A stretch of 64,000 nt of DNA from Myxococcota bacterium (GCA_039028615.1 JBCCHT010000007.1:192001-256000), one strand, 5' to 3'. Shown: positions 9,200-19,236, numbered from the stretch's first letter. A program made the numbers and translations. Notes: generated by a model from the sequence alone, not told the origin.

Positions 9200-11878
9200 T
9201 CAGCGGGACCAAACTCGAAATTCATACCAGGGGGGCTCGGAACGGCCACGATCGCGAGCTTCACGCCAGATCAAATGCAGGGCTTGGGCCGCATCCAGGC
9301 CGTTCTCGGCCATTTGTTGCACCATGGCGGGGCCGAAGCTCGCCCCGACCCCGCTGCCGATGTCCGTGGGTGCCGCCACCACGTCGGCCGAGCCTGCGAG
9401 CAGCAGGGCCTGGACCAGGTTGAGCCCCCCCGTGGAGGACAGCAGGTCGGGGTTGGCCAGCTCGCAGCCGACGAGCAGGACGTGCCGAGGCACCGACGGC
9501 AGGGCCAAGACCTCGTGCGGACCGAGATAGCCGCCCTCGCCCAGATCGAGTGCGGTGGTGGCCAGCGCCCGCCGTGGCCCCTCGATGCGCGCGACCGGTT
9601 CGGAGCCCTCGCCTCCCATCGCAGAGATCTGAGCGCCGTGCCCAAAGTAATAGAAGAGGTCGAGGCCAGCCAGGCTCGACTCCAGGGGACCGCGGGCGAG
9701 CTGCTGCGGCGTCTCGGCCCGGGTCACCGCCCAGCCCGAGCGTCGTAGCGTCGCGTCGAGCTCCGAGACGTGCTCCGCCCACAGGTCGAGCCGTCGCAGG
9801 CGGTCGACGTTGGCAAAGGCCAGCAACCCGCGAGGCGCCTGCTCGCCGCGAGGTCGCGCAACGGCCGGGAGATCGAGCGAGTACGAGACGGGAAGTCGGG
9901 CGATGAGCGGTTTGCCATCGATGCGACCGCGATGGAGATCGAGGTCGAGCACGGCGGGCGTGGGCAGGATTCGCACCCGCTCGGCCACGGCCAGGGGCGC
10001 CGCCACGGGCTGCACGAGCGCATCGACGACGCCGGGGTCCGCCGACGCCAGCGGCACCCGAACCCCGGTGGACGTGGCCTCGGCCCGGCCGTCGGCATCG
10101 AGCGTCAGGGCCCATAGCTCGCCGCCGATGGGGGTGAACGCCAACCAGACTTCGCCCGCCGCCAGCGTCGCGCCCTGCTCACAGCTCGCCCCCAGATCCC
10201 CGGGGCTCGAGCCGAAGGCGTGCCGCATCATCGGACGTCGATTGGCGCGGCGAAGGGCACACAGCGCGTCTTCGACCCGGCCCTGCTCGACCAGCAGCGC
10301 CGCGAGACCATCGACGGCCGCGCGATGCATGTATGCGATGCGATCGAGGCGAGTCCCAGCGGAGCCCTCGGCGAGCTGGTCGAGCTGAGCCTCGGCTTCC
10401 CGATAGGCGGCTTCCGCCTCGGCCTCGTGCCCTCGCGCGTGCTCAATGCGCGCGAGCAGGACCTGCACCGCCCACTGACGCTCGGGGATGCGACGCGCGG
10501 CGGTGGCCCGGGCCGCCGAGGCGTGCTCGAAGGCTTCGTCGTGCCGCCCCTGCGAAAGCGCGAGACGGGCCAGCAGCTCCCGACGCTGGGTCTCGTACTT
10601 GGTGGTCGCGATGACCTCCGCATCGAGTTCCTCGAGGTGCGTCCGCGCGCGCTCGAGGTTCCCGTCGACGAGCGCGGCATGGGCCAGCTTGATCTGCAGG
10701 TGCGCGCGCTCGACCGGCTGAGCGGACCCACAGGGCGATGCGACTGCGCGCTGGAGCACCGCGGTCGGGTCTCCGAGGTCCAGCCCCCCGTACTCCGCGG
10801 CGAGGAGGCGGAAGTACCCCTCGTCGGACCAGCGGCGAAACGCGTCGCAGTCGTCGGTGGGCTCGGGGAGCGTGCTCATGATGCGCTCCATCTCTCCCCA
10901 GCGACCGCTCAGCGCCATCACCTCGGCCAGGCGGCGCTCGGCCGGGGCCAGGTGGGGATCGCGGGTCTGCGCCGCTCGGGCGATCACGGCGCGAAGCCGG
11001 CTCTCCGCGTGCCCATATCGACCCCGCCGCAGCGCATCGACGCCCGAGTAGTAGTCGAACATCGCATGAGGAGCGCGATCGTTGCAGCGGGCACGCCAGT
11101 CTTCGTGCAGGACCGGCGAAGCCTCTTCGGCGAACGACTGGTAGCCGAGCCAGATGTCGATCGAGACCGCGGTGCACAGCGCCGACCACCGCTCCAACTT
11201 CGCGGCCAAGGGGATCAATCGCTGGATGACGGGGCGGACGAGCGCGAGGCGGCGTTCGGCGGAGCGTCCCGCCTGCCGCGACCGAAGCTTGCGCAAAAGC
11301 TCCAGCGCGGCCACCTGCTCGGACTCCGCGAGGCCACCGAGACCCGCCTCGACCCGGTCGGCCAGCGTGCCGTGCTCGGCCGGATCGAAGCCCAGAGCCT
11401 TGGCCTCGGCCCGCCATGCCGCGACCGCGGTCGATCCCGCCGTCCACCGGATCTCGCCCGACCATCGGATCTCGGACCCCACACGCAGCTCGAGGATTTC
11501 CATCGAGCCCACCCGGGCCGTCGAGACCGGCACGCCGAGGTCATGGTGAGTCCCGCCCGCGACGAGGGCCGAGACCGCTCCCACCGAGCCACCACCACGG
11601 GCCAGGTCCCACTCGCCCTCGGTCGTATCCCCCTCGATCCAGACATCGAGGCCATGGACGTCGCCCTCGGAGGCATCGGGGGACACCACGATCTCGCAGA
11701 CGCCGTCGTCGTCGATGGTCGTGCAGCGCAAGGGCCGAGCCTCGCTGCGTCGCTCGACCAGGGTCTCCCACGTGCGACGGCGCGAGCTCGACTCGGGCTC
11801 GTCGCACGCAATCAGCCCGCAGGTCAGCGCGACGAGGCCGAGCCATCTACAGCGCTTCGGCACCTGCAACCTCGACAT
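9200..11878 (-). CDS. TPR + CHAT (caspase-like, clan CD) protease with predicted lipoprotein signal
   Basis: C-terminal LFYYFGHG and LLVGCE catalytic His/Cys motifs, GLNLVQALLLAG...VVA; helical TPR-like middle; N-terminal LGLVALTCGLIAC. Start set at ATG 11878 (track: 11914). Confidence 0.8.
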   Translation of the reverse strand: MSRLQVPKRCRWLGLVALTCGLIACDEPESSSRRRTWETLVERRSEARPLRCTTIDDDGVCEIVVSPDASEGDVHGLDVWIEGDTTEGEWDLARGGGSVGAVSALVAGGTHHDLGVPVSTARVGSMEILELRVGSEIRWSGEIRWTAGSTAVAAWRAEAKALGFDPAEHGTLADRVEAGLGGLAESEQVAALELLRKLRSRQAGRSAERRLALVRPVIQRLIPLAAKLERWSALCTAVSIDIWLGYQSFAEEASPVLHEDWRARCNDRAPHAMFDYYSGVDALRRGRYGHAESRLRAVIARAAQTRDPHLAPAERRLAEVMALSGRWGEMERIMSTLPEPTDDCDAFRRWSDEGYFRLLAAEYGGLDLGDPTAVLQRAVASPCGSAQPVERAHLQIKLAHAALVDGNLERARTHLEELDAEVIATTKYETQRRELLARLALSQGRHDEAFEHASAARATAARRIPERQWAVQVLLARIEHARGHEAEAEAAYREAEAQLDQLAEGSAGTRLDRIAYMHRAAVDGLAALLVEQGRVEDALCALRRANRRPMMRHAFGSSPGDLGASCEQGATLAAGEVWLAFTPIGGELWALTLDADGRAEATSTGVRVPLASADPGVVDALVQPVAAPLAVAERVRILPTPAVLDLDLHRGRIDGKPLIARLPVSYSLDLPAVARPRGEQAPRGLLAFANVDRLRRLDLWAEHVSELDATLRRSGWAVTRAETPQQLARGPLESSLAGLDLFYYFGHGAQISAMGGEGSEPVARIEGPRRALATTALDLGEGGYLGPHEVLALPSVPRHVLLVGCELANPDLLSSTGGLNLVQALLLAGSADVVAAPTDIGSGVGASFGPAMVQQMAENGLDAAQALHLIWREARDRGRSEPPWYEFRVWSR

Positions 11879-12632
11879 GCACCCGCCGCCGCAGGCAGGG
11901 ACCGGACCCCGCACAGGCGCCCGGTTGCCCGATCTGCACCACGAGTTCCCACCGCCCGATGCTGAGCTGGTCGGCGATCTTGGTGCTCAGCTCGAACGCG
12001 CGTGCGGACTTGCGCTGTGCCGAACCGAGGCCGATCACGCTCATCTCGGACTTCGTGTCGGTTCGCGTGGCCTCCACCGTCGCCACCACGTCCTTCGGCA
12101 GGTCCATGTCGGCATCGATGAACAGCACCAGCTCGTATCCCGGCCGATACACCCGCGTGCGCTCGCCGAGACCCAGTCGATCGGCCGTGCCTCCCACTTG
12201 CACCTCGACCCCCGCCGCGGTCGACAGGGGTGTCGATGCGATCGGCGATGGCGACTGGGCCTGCCAGGTCAACGCCACCCCCGCGGCGGCCGCCGCCACG
12301 ACCCCGTGGGTCAGCACTCGAGCCCCACGCCGTCGCCACGGAACGACCTTGGCCACCGTCGCGGGCGCGGGCGCAGACGCGGGTTCCATCGCCGCTGCCA
12401 CGGCCATGCGCTCGATCTCTGCCATCCGCTGCGTGCTCGGGGGCGCGAACAATTCCGCGTCGAGTTCGACGCCTTCGTCGTCGGCCTGCTGCGCCCGCGC
12501 CTGCTCGACACTGCTGTGACCCTCGAGCACCCGCTGCCACGGCTCGGGGCACTCGGCCTCGGCCTGGTCGATTCGATCGGCCACCGCCAGCGCTTCGAGC
12601 ACCTGCTCGGGGCTCGGCTTCGACTCGCTCAT
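11847..12632 (-). CDS. Putative single-pass membrane anti-sigma factor
   Basis: ATGA-coupled to upstream sigma; acidic N-terminus, KVVPWRRR then TM helix (VVAAAAAGVALTW), extracytoplasmic C-domain. Confidence 0.6.
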   Translation of the reverse strand: MSESKPSPEQVLEALAVADRIDQAEAECPEPWQRVLEGHSSVEQARAQQADDEGVELDAELFAPPSTQRMAEIERMAVAAAMEPASAPAPATVAKVVPWRRRGARVLTHGVVAAAAAGVALTWQAQSPSPIASTPLSTAAGVEVQVGGTADRLGLGERTRVYRPGYELVLFIDADMDLPKDVVATVEATRTDTKSEMSVIGLGSAQRKSARAFELSTKIADQLSIGRWELVVQIGQPGACAGSGPCLRRRVHVEVAGAEAL

Positions 12633-13273
12633 GCCTCGCCTCCGCCGCGCGGCGCCTCGACCCGCTCCACGATCCCCGCGATGCGCTTTTTGAGCCGAGC
12701 CACCCACTGGTACACCGCATCGCGGCTCATCGAGTGCTCGTCGGCCACCTGCTGCACCGGCTTCTCGTCGACGTATAGCGACCAGTAAAGCTCCCGGTCA
12801 CGGGACGAGAAGGTGGCAAACAGCTCCTTGCGGACCTTCTCCACGTACCAGTGATCGAGCACGTCGAGCGACTGTTGAGGCCGCCCCTCGAACCAATCGG
12901 TGCCGGGCAGCCACGTCTGCGAGGGGTCGTTGTTCTTCTTGGACAAGTCGCGCCGACAGATTCGATAGGTGATGACGGCCAAGTACCCGCTGAGGCTCGC
13001 GCCCCGCTGCGGGTCCCACTGCCGGAGCACGCGCCCCTGGTCTTTGAATAGCTCGAGCATCACGAGTTGGATGAGGTCGTCTCGGAGTTCAGCGATGCTC
13101 CCCGCCGACCGCCGAGGCCAGCGACGCAAGCACTTGGCCACATGGCCACGCACGATGCCCCCCACCCGCTTCGCGAGCCGCTCGAGATCGCGACCACCAT
13201 CACGCAGCGCCGCCCGGATCCACGAAGGAGTCGGGGTGTCGCCGTCGCCGGGAGGTTGTCGCTCGTCGGTCAC
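12629..13273 (-). CDS. ECF-type sigma-70 factor
   Basis: Region 2 (DDLIQLVMLELF...WDPQRGASLSGYL), region 4 (LYVDEKPVQQVA...SRDAVYQWVARLKK); GTG start 13273 is more likely than 13621. Confidence 0.85.
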   Translation of the reverse strand: MTDERQPPGDGDTPTPSWIRAALRDGGRDLERLAKRVGGIVRGHVAKCLRRWPRRSAGSIAELRDDLIQLVMLELFKDQGRVLRQWDPQRGASLSGYLAVITYRICRRDLSKKNNDPSQTWLPGTDWFEGRPQQSLDVLDHWYVEKVRKELFATFSSRDRELYWSLYVDEKPVQQVADEHSMSRDAVYQWVARLKKRIAGIVERVEAPRGGGEA

Positions 13274-13439
13274 TACACGCAGATGCGAACAATGATTGAG
13301 CGAGAAGACCGCGAATGGGTAGGGCCGTTGCTCAGGGCATGCGCTGCATACCCAGGGATTGGCGCCCACCTTCCGAAATTTGACGAACCCGGGGATTCTT
13401 TTTTCGCCGCGAGTCCGCGCCCATGGCGCCTTGGCCGCG

Positions 13440-14201
13440 CTACCCGAACTTGGCCAGGGCCCGGGCCTTGGCCAGGCGCAACAAGAAGTGCGGGTTGCCC
13501 AGCAGGTAGCGCTTGGCCTTGTGGGGCTGGCGGACCAACAAGTGCAGCCACTCGTAGCCGAGCCCACGCACCCAGGCCGGCGCCCGCTCGAGGTCCCCCG
13601 ACCAATAGTCGAACAGGCCACCCACGGCGACGGCCAGCGGCACCTTCAGCTGGTCCTGGTGACGATCGATCCACCGCTCCTGCAGGGGGTTGCCCATCCC
13701 CACCAGCAGCATGTGCGGCTTCTTGTCGTTGATGTCCGCGATGACCTCGGCACTGGACTGCGCGTCTTGGACGTAGCCGTGGTGGTAGCCCACCTGCTCC
13801 CAGCCCGAGAACATCTGCCGCGCCCGCTCGGCCGAGCGCCCGATCGAATCCTCGCGGGTACCGAGCAGGTAGTAGCGGTAGCCCTTGCCCCCCGTCTCCG
13901 AGAAGAACAGCGGGGTCAGGTCCGTGCCGTTGACGTTGTCCTGCAGGCGCTCGCCGTACAGGAACCGCGTGGCCCAACGCACGCCGGTCCCGTCTCCGAA
14001 CACGTAGTCGGCCCGCTTCAGCACGCTGCGATAGTCGGCGTCCTCGGTCGCGGTGTTGAGCGTGTGCGTGTTGACGAAGTAGATGCTGCGGCAGCGCTCG
14101 CCCGACTCGTTGATGAGCCGCTCGAGCAGCGCCACCGCGTCGCCCATGGTCAGGTCAGTGACCTCGACGTCGAGGACCGAAAACGTACGTAGCATGGGCA
14201 A
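13440..14201 (-). CDS. WecB/TagA/CpsF-family glycosyltransferase (GT26)
   Basis: FVNTH, DGTGVRWA, NGTDL, LLVGMGNPLQERW, VGGLFDYWSG, RAPAW..GYEWL, KRYL motifs. Confidence 0.92.
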   Translation of the reverse strand: MPMLRTFSVLDVEVTDLTMGDAVALLERLINESGERCRSIYFVNTHTLNTATEDADYRSVLKRADYVFGDGTGVRWATRFLYGERLQDNVNGTDLTPLFFSETGGKGYRYYLLGTREDSIGRSAERARQMFSGWEQVGYHHGYVQDAQSSAEVIADINDKKPHMLLVGMGNPLQERWIDRHQDQLKVPLAVAVGGLFDYWSGDLERAPAWVRGLGYEWLHLLVRQPHKAKRYLLGNPHFLLRLAKARALAKFG

Positions 14202-14385
14202 ATCCCGCTCGGATGCATATAGCAGCGGGCATTGAAAGTCCAGGCGAGCGGCCGCCGACCACCGTTACGCGCCCACCTCATCGCGCCCGCGCAGCATCCG
14301 CGATCGGGAGTGCATTCGCCCCGCTCGACCTCGCCCGCCCGCCGCTTGCTCGGCCCCCGGTCGGCGCGCATCATGAGCCCGCGAC

Positions 14386-15273
14386 ATGAGCCGCACGCCC
14401 GACTTCATCATCATCGGCGCCATGAAGAGCGCGACCTCGACGTTGCATGACCAGCTCGCCATGCAGCCGGGCATCGTCATGTCGGACCCCAAGGAGCCCA
14501 ACTTCTTCAGCGACGAAGAAAACTGGGCCAAGGGCATGGGCTGGTACACAGGCCTGTTCGCCTCCGCGAAGCCGGGCGACCTGTGCGGGGAATCCTCCAC
14601 GCACTACTCCAAGCTGCCCCGCCACCCCAAGGTCACCGAGCGCCTCCAAGAGCACGTGCCCGACGCCAAGTTCGTGTACGTGATGCGGCACCCCATCGAC
14701 CGCTTGGTGTCTCACTATATCCACGAGTGGACCATGCGTGTGCTCGAGATGCCGCTGTCGCGGGCGCTCGACGAGCACCAGGCGCTGCACGACTTCAGCC
14801 GCTACACCATGCAGCTGCGCCCCTACTTCGAGGCCTTCGGCCGCGAGCGCGTGCTGCCCGTGTTCTTCGACCACGTGCTCAAACACTCCCAGGCGGAGCT
14901 CGAGCGGGTCTGCGAGTTCATCGGCTACGAGGGCAAACCCCAGTGGAAGGACATGCGGGCGAGCAACGTCTCCTCCGAGCGCATGCGGGTCAGCCCCTTG
15001 CGCGACCTCATCGTCAACGCGCCCGGGCTGACCTACATCCGCAAGCGCTTCGTGCCGCAGAGCGTCCGCGATCGCATCAAGAAGCTGTGGACCATGCGCA
15101 ACCGGCCGCAGCTCACCGATGCCGAGCGCACCCGCCTCGCCAAGGCCTTCGACGAAGACCTCGCCGAGCTCGGCCGCTGGCTGGGCATCGACGACCTCAA
15201 CTGCGCCAACTTCAAAGAGCACACCCGCGACCACACCTGGAACTGGGTCGAGGGCAAAGACGCCGCGGGCTGA
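14386..15273 (+). CDS. PAPS-dependent sulfotransferase
   Basis: PDFIIIGAMKSATSTL (5'-PSB loop), KEPNFF, GESSTHY, MRHPIDRLVSHY (3'-PB). Confidence 0.9.
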   Translation: MSRTPDFIIIGAMKSATSTLHDQLAMQPGIVMSDPKEPNFFSDEENWAKGMGWYTGLFASAKPGDLCGESSTHYSKLPRHPKVTERLQEHVPDAKFVYVMRHPIDRLVSHYIHEWTMRVLEMPLSRALDEHQALHDFSRYTMQLRPYFEAFGRERVLPVFFDHVLKHSQAELERVCEFIGYEGKPQWKDMRASNVSSERMRVSPLRDLIVNAPGLTYIRKRFVPQSVRDRIKKLWTMRNRPQLTDAERTRLAKAFDEDLAELGRWLGIDDLNCANFKEHTRDHTWNWVEGKDAAG

Positions 15274-15327
15274 TCCCCGAGCCCGCCGGGGTTGCGCCAC
15301 CCCCCGGTCGTGGCCGAGACTCGAACG

Positions 15328-16596
15328 ATGTCTCGTTGGCTTGTGACGTCGTTTGTTGGATTGGGTCTCGTCGCGTGTGGACCCTCGACCTCCCCGACCA
15401 CGGGGGATGGCAGCGGGACGACGGCGACCGATGGGGGCTCGACCCAGTCGGTGCCGGCCTCGGGCTCGGGAGAGTCGCAGCCGGCGACCTCGACCTCCGC
15501 GGCCACCGACACGACGTCTCCCACCACGGCGGCCGACGGCGCTTCGTCCGAGAGCACAGACACCGAGGGGGAGGTTGGCCTCGGCGAGGAGTGCACCTAT
15601 CACTTTCCCAACTGCGCCGATGGTCTCAAGTGCGTGCTCGTCCCCGCCGCCGAGAATCCGATGGCGGTCTGCGTCGAGGTGGTCGACGACCCCGTGCCCT
15701 CGGGAGGCGCCTGCGAGCTGGACCCGAAGACGGGGCAAGACAACTGCGACGCCACCTCGTTCTGCTCCACGTTCATCTTCAACGAGACGGGCTACTGCAC
15801 CGACTTCTGCGAGCCGGGCGACGAAGACGCTGGATGTGCCGACGAGACCAGGGAGTGCACCTCGTCGTCGAACGGCAACTACGGCTGCCTGCCGCGCTGC
15901 AACCCGCCCGATGAGCTGTGCCCCGACGGCCATGCGTGCGTCCTGTTTCCCCTATCGGGCAGCTATATCTGCACGGTCACCAATCCCGTGACCGAGGGGC
16001 AATCCGGGGACGTTTGCTATGCGCCGAGCGAGGCCTGCTCGGGGCAGTGCTATCAGTGCGCCGACGGGACCGCGTGCCTCGACGACCTCGACTATGGCCC
16101 CGGCTGCGACGAGGACCTCGGCTGCTGCGCCGAGTACTGCGACGTGACGGTGGGCGGGTGCAGCAACCCGCTGCACGAATGCATCCCCGTGCCCGGTGTC
16201 GACACGGACTTGCATCCCAACACCGGGCAGTGCGCTCTCCCGGAAGACTTCGACTGGTGTGACGGCACCGTCGAGAACCCTCCGCCCGGCCAGTGCCCGC
16301 CCGACGACGCCGAGCCGAACTACCCCTGGTGCTCCTCCTTCGACACGAGCGCTTGCACCGAAGGCCAGGTAATCCTGGGGGGCGGTGAGTGTGGGCACTG
16401 TTGGTGTAACGACTCCTGCGCCGCCGTGGACGAGTGCCCCGTACCTGCGACGGGCGTGGCCGAAGTGGTCTGCGACCCCGCCGTGGGCTGCTCGTTGCTC
16501 TGTAACGACGACGTCGACTGCCCCAACGGCATGGATTGCCGCTTTCACTCCGGCGAGCTGCGCTGCCTGTGGCAGCCCGACTCCTGCGCGTCGTAG
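15328..16596 (+). CDS. Cys-rich repeat lipoprotein with Ser/Thr linker
   Basis: Lipobox LVAC, S/T-rich stalk, dense Cys array; start at ATG 15328. Confidence 0.8.
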   Translation: MSRWLVTSFVGLGLVACGPSTSPTTGDGSGTTATDGGSTQSVPASGSGESQPATSTSAATDTTSPTTAADGASSESTDTEGEVGLGEECTYHFPNCADGLKCVLVPAAENPMAVCVEVVDDPVPSGGACELDPKTGQDNCDATSFCSTFIFNETGYCTDFCEPGDEDAGCADETRECTSSSNGNYGCLPRCNPPDELCPDGHACVLFPLSGSYICTVTNPVTEGQSGDVCYAPSEACSGQCYQCADGTACLDDLDYGPGCDEDLGCCAEYCDVTVGGCSNPLHECIPVPGVDTDLHPNTGQCALPEDFDWCDGTVENPPPGQCPPDDAEPNYPWCSSFDTSACTEGQVILGGGECGHCWCNDSCAAVDECPVPATGVAEVVCDPAVGCSLLCNDDVDCPNGMDCRFHSGELRCLWQPDSCAS

Positions 16597-16619
16597 CGAA
16601 CGGACGCCGAAAGCGCCGC

Positions 16620-16660
16620 TTGACAGGAGGGCTGCGTTCACTAAGTTCTGTTTTGCAACT
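16620..16660 (+). promoter_or_regulatory. Putative sigma-70 promoter with overlapping imperfect palindrome (candidate HxlR operator)
   Basis: TTGACA (16620-25), 16 bp, TAAGTT (16642-47); AGTT-ctgttttgc-AACT at 16644-16660 just ahead of the OYE gene. Confidence 0.5.
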
Positions 16661-16680
16661 CACTGACTTCGGACGCGACA

Positions 16681-17922
16681 ATGCCAGACTCCGAGACCAT
16701 CGCCCAAACCCTGGCCCAGCCGTTCACGCTGTCCAATGGCCAGGTCATCCGCAACCGGATCGTCAAGTCGGCGATGAGCGAGACGCTGGCCCCGGCCAAC
16801 AATCGGGTGCCCCCCACCATCCCCACCCTCTACGAGCGCTGGGCCCGGGGCGGCATCGGGCTGGCCGTGACCGGCAACGTGATGGTCGACCGCGCCGCGC
16901 TGGGCGAGCCGGGCAACGTCGCCGTCGAAGACGAGCGTGATCTCGAGCTGCTGCAGCGCTGGGCGCAGGCGGGGCAGACCGACGGCGCCCGCATCTACAT
17001 GCAGCTCAACCACCCCGGGCGCCAGGTCCCGCGCTTTCTCAACGAGGAATCGGTCGCTCCATCGGCGGTGCCCTTCGCCCCGCAGATGCAGAGCTTCTTC
17101 GCCACGCCGCGCGCCCTCACCGAAGCGGAGATCGAGGGCATCATCGAGCGCTTTGCCACCACCGCTCGCATCGCCGAGAAGGCGGGCTTCGACGGGGTCC
17201 AGATCCACGGCGCGCACGGCTACCTGGTCAGCCAGTTCCTCTCCCCGCACACCAACCAACGCGAGGACCGCTGGGGCGGCAGCCCGGACAACCGCCGCCG
17301 CTTCGCCCTCGAGGTCTACCGGGCAATCCGGGCCGCGACCGGCAGCGGGTTCGGGGTCGCGATCAAGATCAACTCGGCCGACTTCCAAAAGGGCGGCATC
17401 TCCGACGACGAGTCGAGCGGCACCATCACCGCGCTGGCGGAAGCGGGCATGGACTTCGTGGAGATCTCGGGCGGCAACTACGAGTCCCCCGCGATGATGG
17501 GCGCCAAGGCCAGCACGCGCCGCCGCGAGGCCTACTTCCTCGAGTTCGCCGAGCGCCTGCGCCAGCAGCTCGACTGCCCGCTCGTCGTGACCGGTGGGTT
17601 TCGCTCGGGCGCAGCCATGGCCGAGGCCATCGACAGCGGCGCGGTCGACCTGGTGGGCCTGGCTCGCACGCTGGCCATCGACCCCGACTTCCCAGGGCGG
17701 CTGGTCACCGAAGGAGACATCCGCGTCGACATCACCCCGCGCAAGACGGGCATCAAGCCCATCGACAAGCTGGGGATGCTCGAGCTGACCTGGTACGAGC
17801 GCCAGCTGCATCGCATGGCCCGCGGCAAGGAGCCCCAGCCCGACGCCAACCCGCTGCTGTCCGCCGTGGCGCACTCGTTCACCCACGGGTTCCGGGCCTT
17901 CCGAACCCGCCGCGCCCGCTAG
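16681..17922 (+). CDS. NADH:flavin oxidoreductase (old yellow enzyme family)
   Basis: NRIVKSAMSE, QLNHPGRQ, GFDGVQIHGAHGYLVSQFLSP..NQREDRWGGS, KINSADF. Confidence 0.93.
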   Translation: MPDSETIAQTLAQPFTLSNGQVIRNRIVKSAMSETLAPANNRVPPTIPTLYERWARGGIGLAVTGNVMVDRAALGEPGNVAVEDERDLELLQRWAQAGQTDGARIYMQLNHPGRQVPRFLNEESVAPSAVPFAPQMQSFFATPRALTEAEIEGIIERFATTARIAEKAGFDGVQIHGAHGYLVSQFLSPHTNQREDRWGGSPDNRRRFALEVYRAIRAATGSGFGVAIKINSADFQKGGISDDESSGTITALAEAGMDFVEISGGNYESPAMMGAKASTRRREAYFLEFAERLRQQLDCPLVVTGGFRSGAAMAEAIDSGAVDLVGLARTLAIDPDFPGRLVTEGDIRVDITPRKTGIKPIDKLGMLELTWYERQLHRMARGKEPQPDANPLLSAVAHSFTHGFRAFRTRRAR

Positions 17923-17933
17923 GGCTGCCCGCC

Positions 17934-18365
17934 ATGATCGTCTGCATCATCCCCGAAGGCTCGGTGTCCGAGCCCCATCAGCGTACCCTCGAGTCTTCGT
18001 TACCCGCCATCGTGGCCGAGCACCTGGGCCCGAAGGTGCGACCGGTGGTGGTCTGGAACCCGGTGGCCGCGGGCAACGGCTACACGGGCGGGCAGGCGCG
18101 GCACTGCTCGCTGTGCCACGTCCAGGTCCCCGCCGACACCTCGCTTCCGCAACGGGCCGCGCTGATGCGAGCCGTCTGCGAGCAGTGGTGCGAGACCACG
18201 GGCATGAGCCGCTACGAGCTGATGGTCACCACCCCCGACAAGGCCACCGTGCGGGGCACTCTGCGGGCTTTGCTCGCGCCGATGCGGCCGGGGGCCAAGG
18301 CCTCGTATCTCGGCCGCCTCGCGACCCAAGCCGCCCGCCAGCGCTGGCAACGACGAGGAGCCTGA
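17934..18365 (+). CDS. Small tautomerase-superfamily-like protein without catalytic Pro-1
   Basis: Apparent beta-alpha-beta duplication pattern (QRTLESSL...QRAALMRAVCEQW); tightly spaced in the operon. Confidence 0.5.
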   Translation: MIVCIIPEGSVSEPHQRTLESSLPAIVAEHLGPKVRPVVVWNPVAAGNGYTGGQARHCSLCHVQVPADTSLPQRAALMRAVCEQWCETTGMSRYELMVTTPDKATVRGTLRALLAPMRPGAKASYLGRLATQAARQRWQRRGA

Positions 18366-18367
18366 GC

Positions 18368-18784
18368 ATGCCCGTCTACAACTTCGTCGTGGCCCCGGAC
18401 CTCGACGCCGACACCCGACACGCGCTCGCGCTGTGCATCACCGAGGCCCACTGCTCCACCACCGGGGCCCCGCCCGAGTTCGTGCACGTGTTCTTCCACG
18501 ACGGCCGCCGCGCCCGAACAGATGCCGTCGTCGACCTGCGCATCGCGGCCAGCGTCCGTGCGGGGCGCCCCGACTCCGTCAACCGAGCGATCGAGCAGCT
18601 CTTCATCGAAGGGGCCCGTCGTACCCTGCCCGATCAAAACATCGAGGCTCGCTTCACCTTTCGCGACACCCCGGCCGCCTGGGTGATGGAGGGCGGCGCC
18701 GTGCTGCCCGAACCCGGCGACGAAGCGGCGTGGATGCAGACGCACTGGAAACGAGAGCACCATGAAGTGGACTCAGGTCGATAG
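18368..18784 (+). CDS. Tautomerase-superfamily (cis-CaaD-like) protein
   Basis: Starts M-P-V-Y (Pro-1); ITEAHCSTTGAPPEFVHVFF, VRAGR, MEGG..LPEPGDE motifs; start ATG 18368, not 18113. Confidence 0.8.
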   Translation: MPVYNFVVAPDLDADTRHALALCITEAHCSTTGAPPEFVHVFFHDGRRARTDAVVDLRIAASVRAGRPDSVNRAIEQLFIEGARRTLPDQNIEARFTFRDTPAAWVMEGGAVLPEPGDEAAWMQTHWKREHHEVDSGR

Positions 18785-19217
18785 CCAGTACTGCTCGGTG
18801 GCCCGCAGCCTCGCTGAGGTCGGTGAGCGCTGGACCCTGCTCGTGGTGCGCGATGCGTTCCTGGGCGCGCGACGCTTCAGCGAGTTCGTGGCCGGCAGCG
18901 GGGCCGCCCGCAACATCGTGGCCTCGCGCCTCGAAAAGCTAGTCGAGGCCGGGGTGCTCCGCAAGTCGCAATACCAACAGCGGCCCGCTCGCTACGAGTA
19001 CCGGCTCACCCGCAAGGGCGTCGAACTGTGGCCGGTCATCATGGCGCTGGTGCAGTGGGGCGACCAATGGCACGACGGCGGCGCGGGTCGACCGATGGAG
19101 CACGTCCACGAGGGCTGCGGCCAAGCCTTCCACCTCGAGTATCACTGCTCGGCGTGTCACGAGCCCGTGCGCCCCAACGAGACCCGCGTTCGCCCTGGGC
19201 CCGGCTCCCCGAAGTAA
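18762..19217 (+). CDS. HxlR-family winged-helix regulator
   Basis: CSVARSLAEVGERWTLLVVRDAFLGARRFSEF...EYRLTRKG; C-terminal HxxC...CxxC. Confidence 0.92.
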   Translation: MKWTQVDSQYCSVARSLAEVGERWTLLVVRDAFLGARRFSEFVAGSGAARNIVASRLEKLVEAGVLRKSQYQQRPARYEYRLTRKGVELWPVIMALVQWGDQWHDGGAGRPMEHVHEGCGQAFHLEYHCSACHEPVRPNETRVRPGPGSPK

Positions 19218-19236
19218 CGAGCCCCCCAAACGAGCA

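Noticed and set aside
9200..13273. Type III-E CRISPR (Craspase) locus
   Set aside because: No Cas7-11 or array in the window; only the protease-sigma logic is analogous
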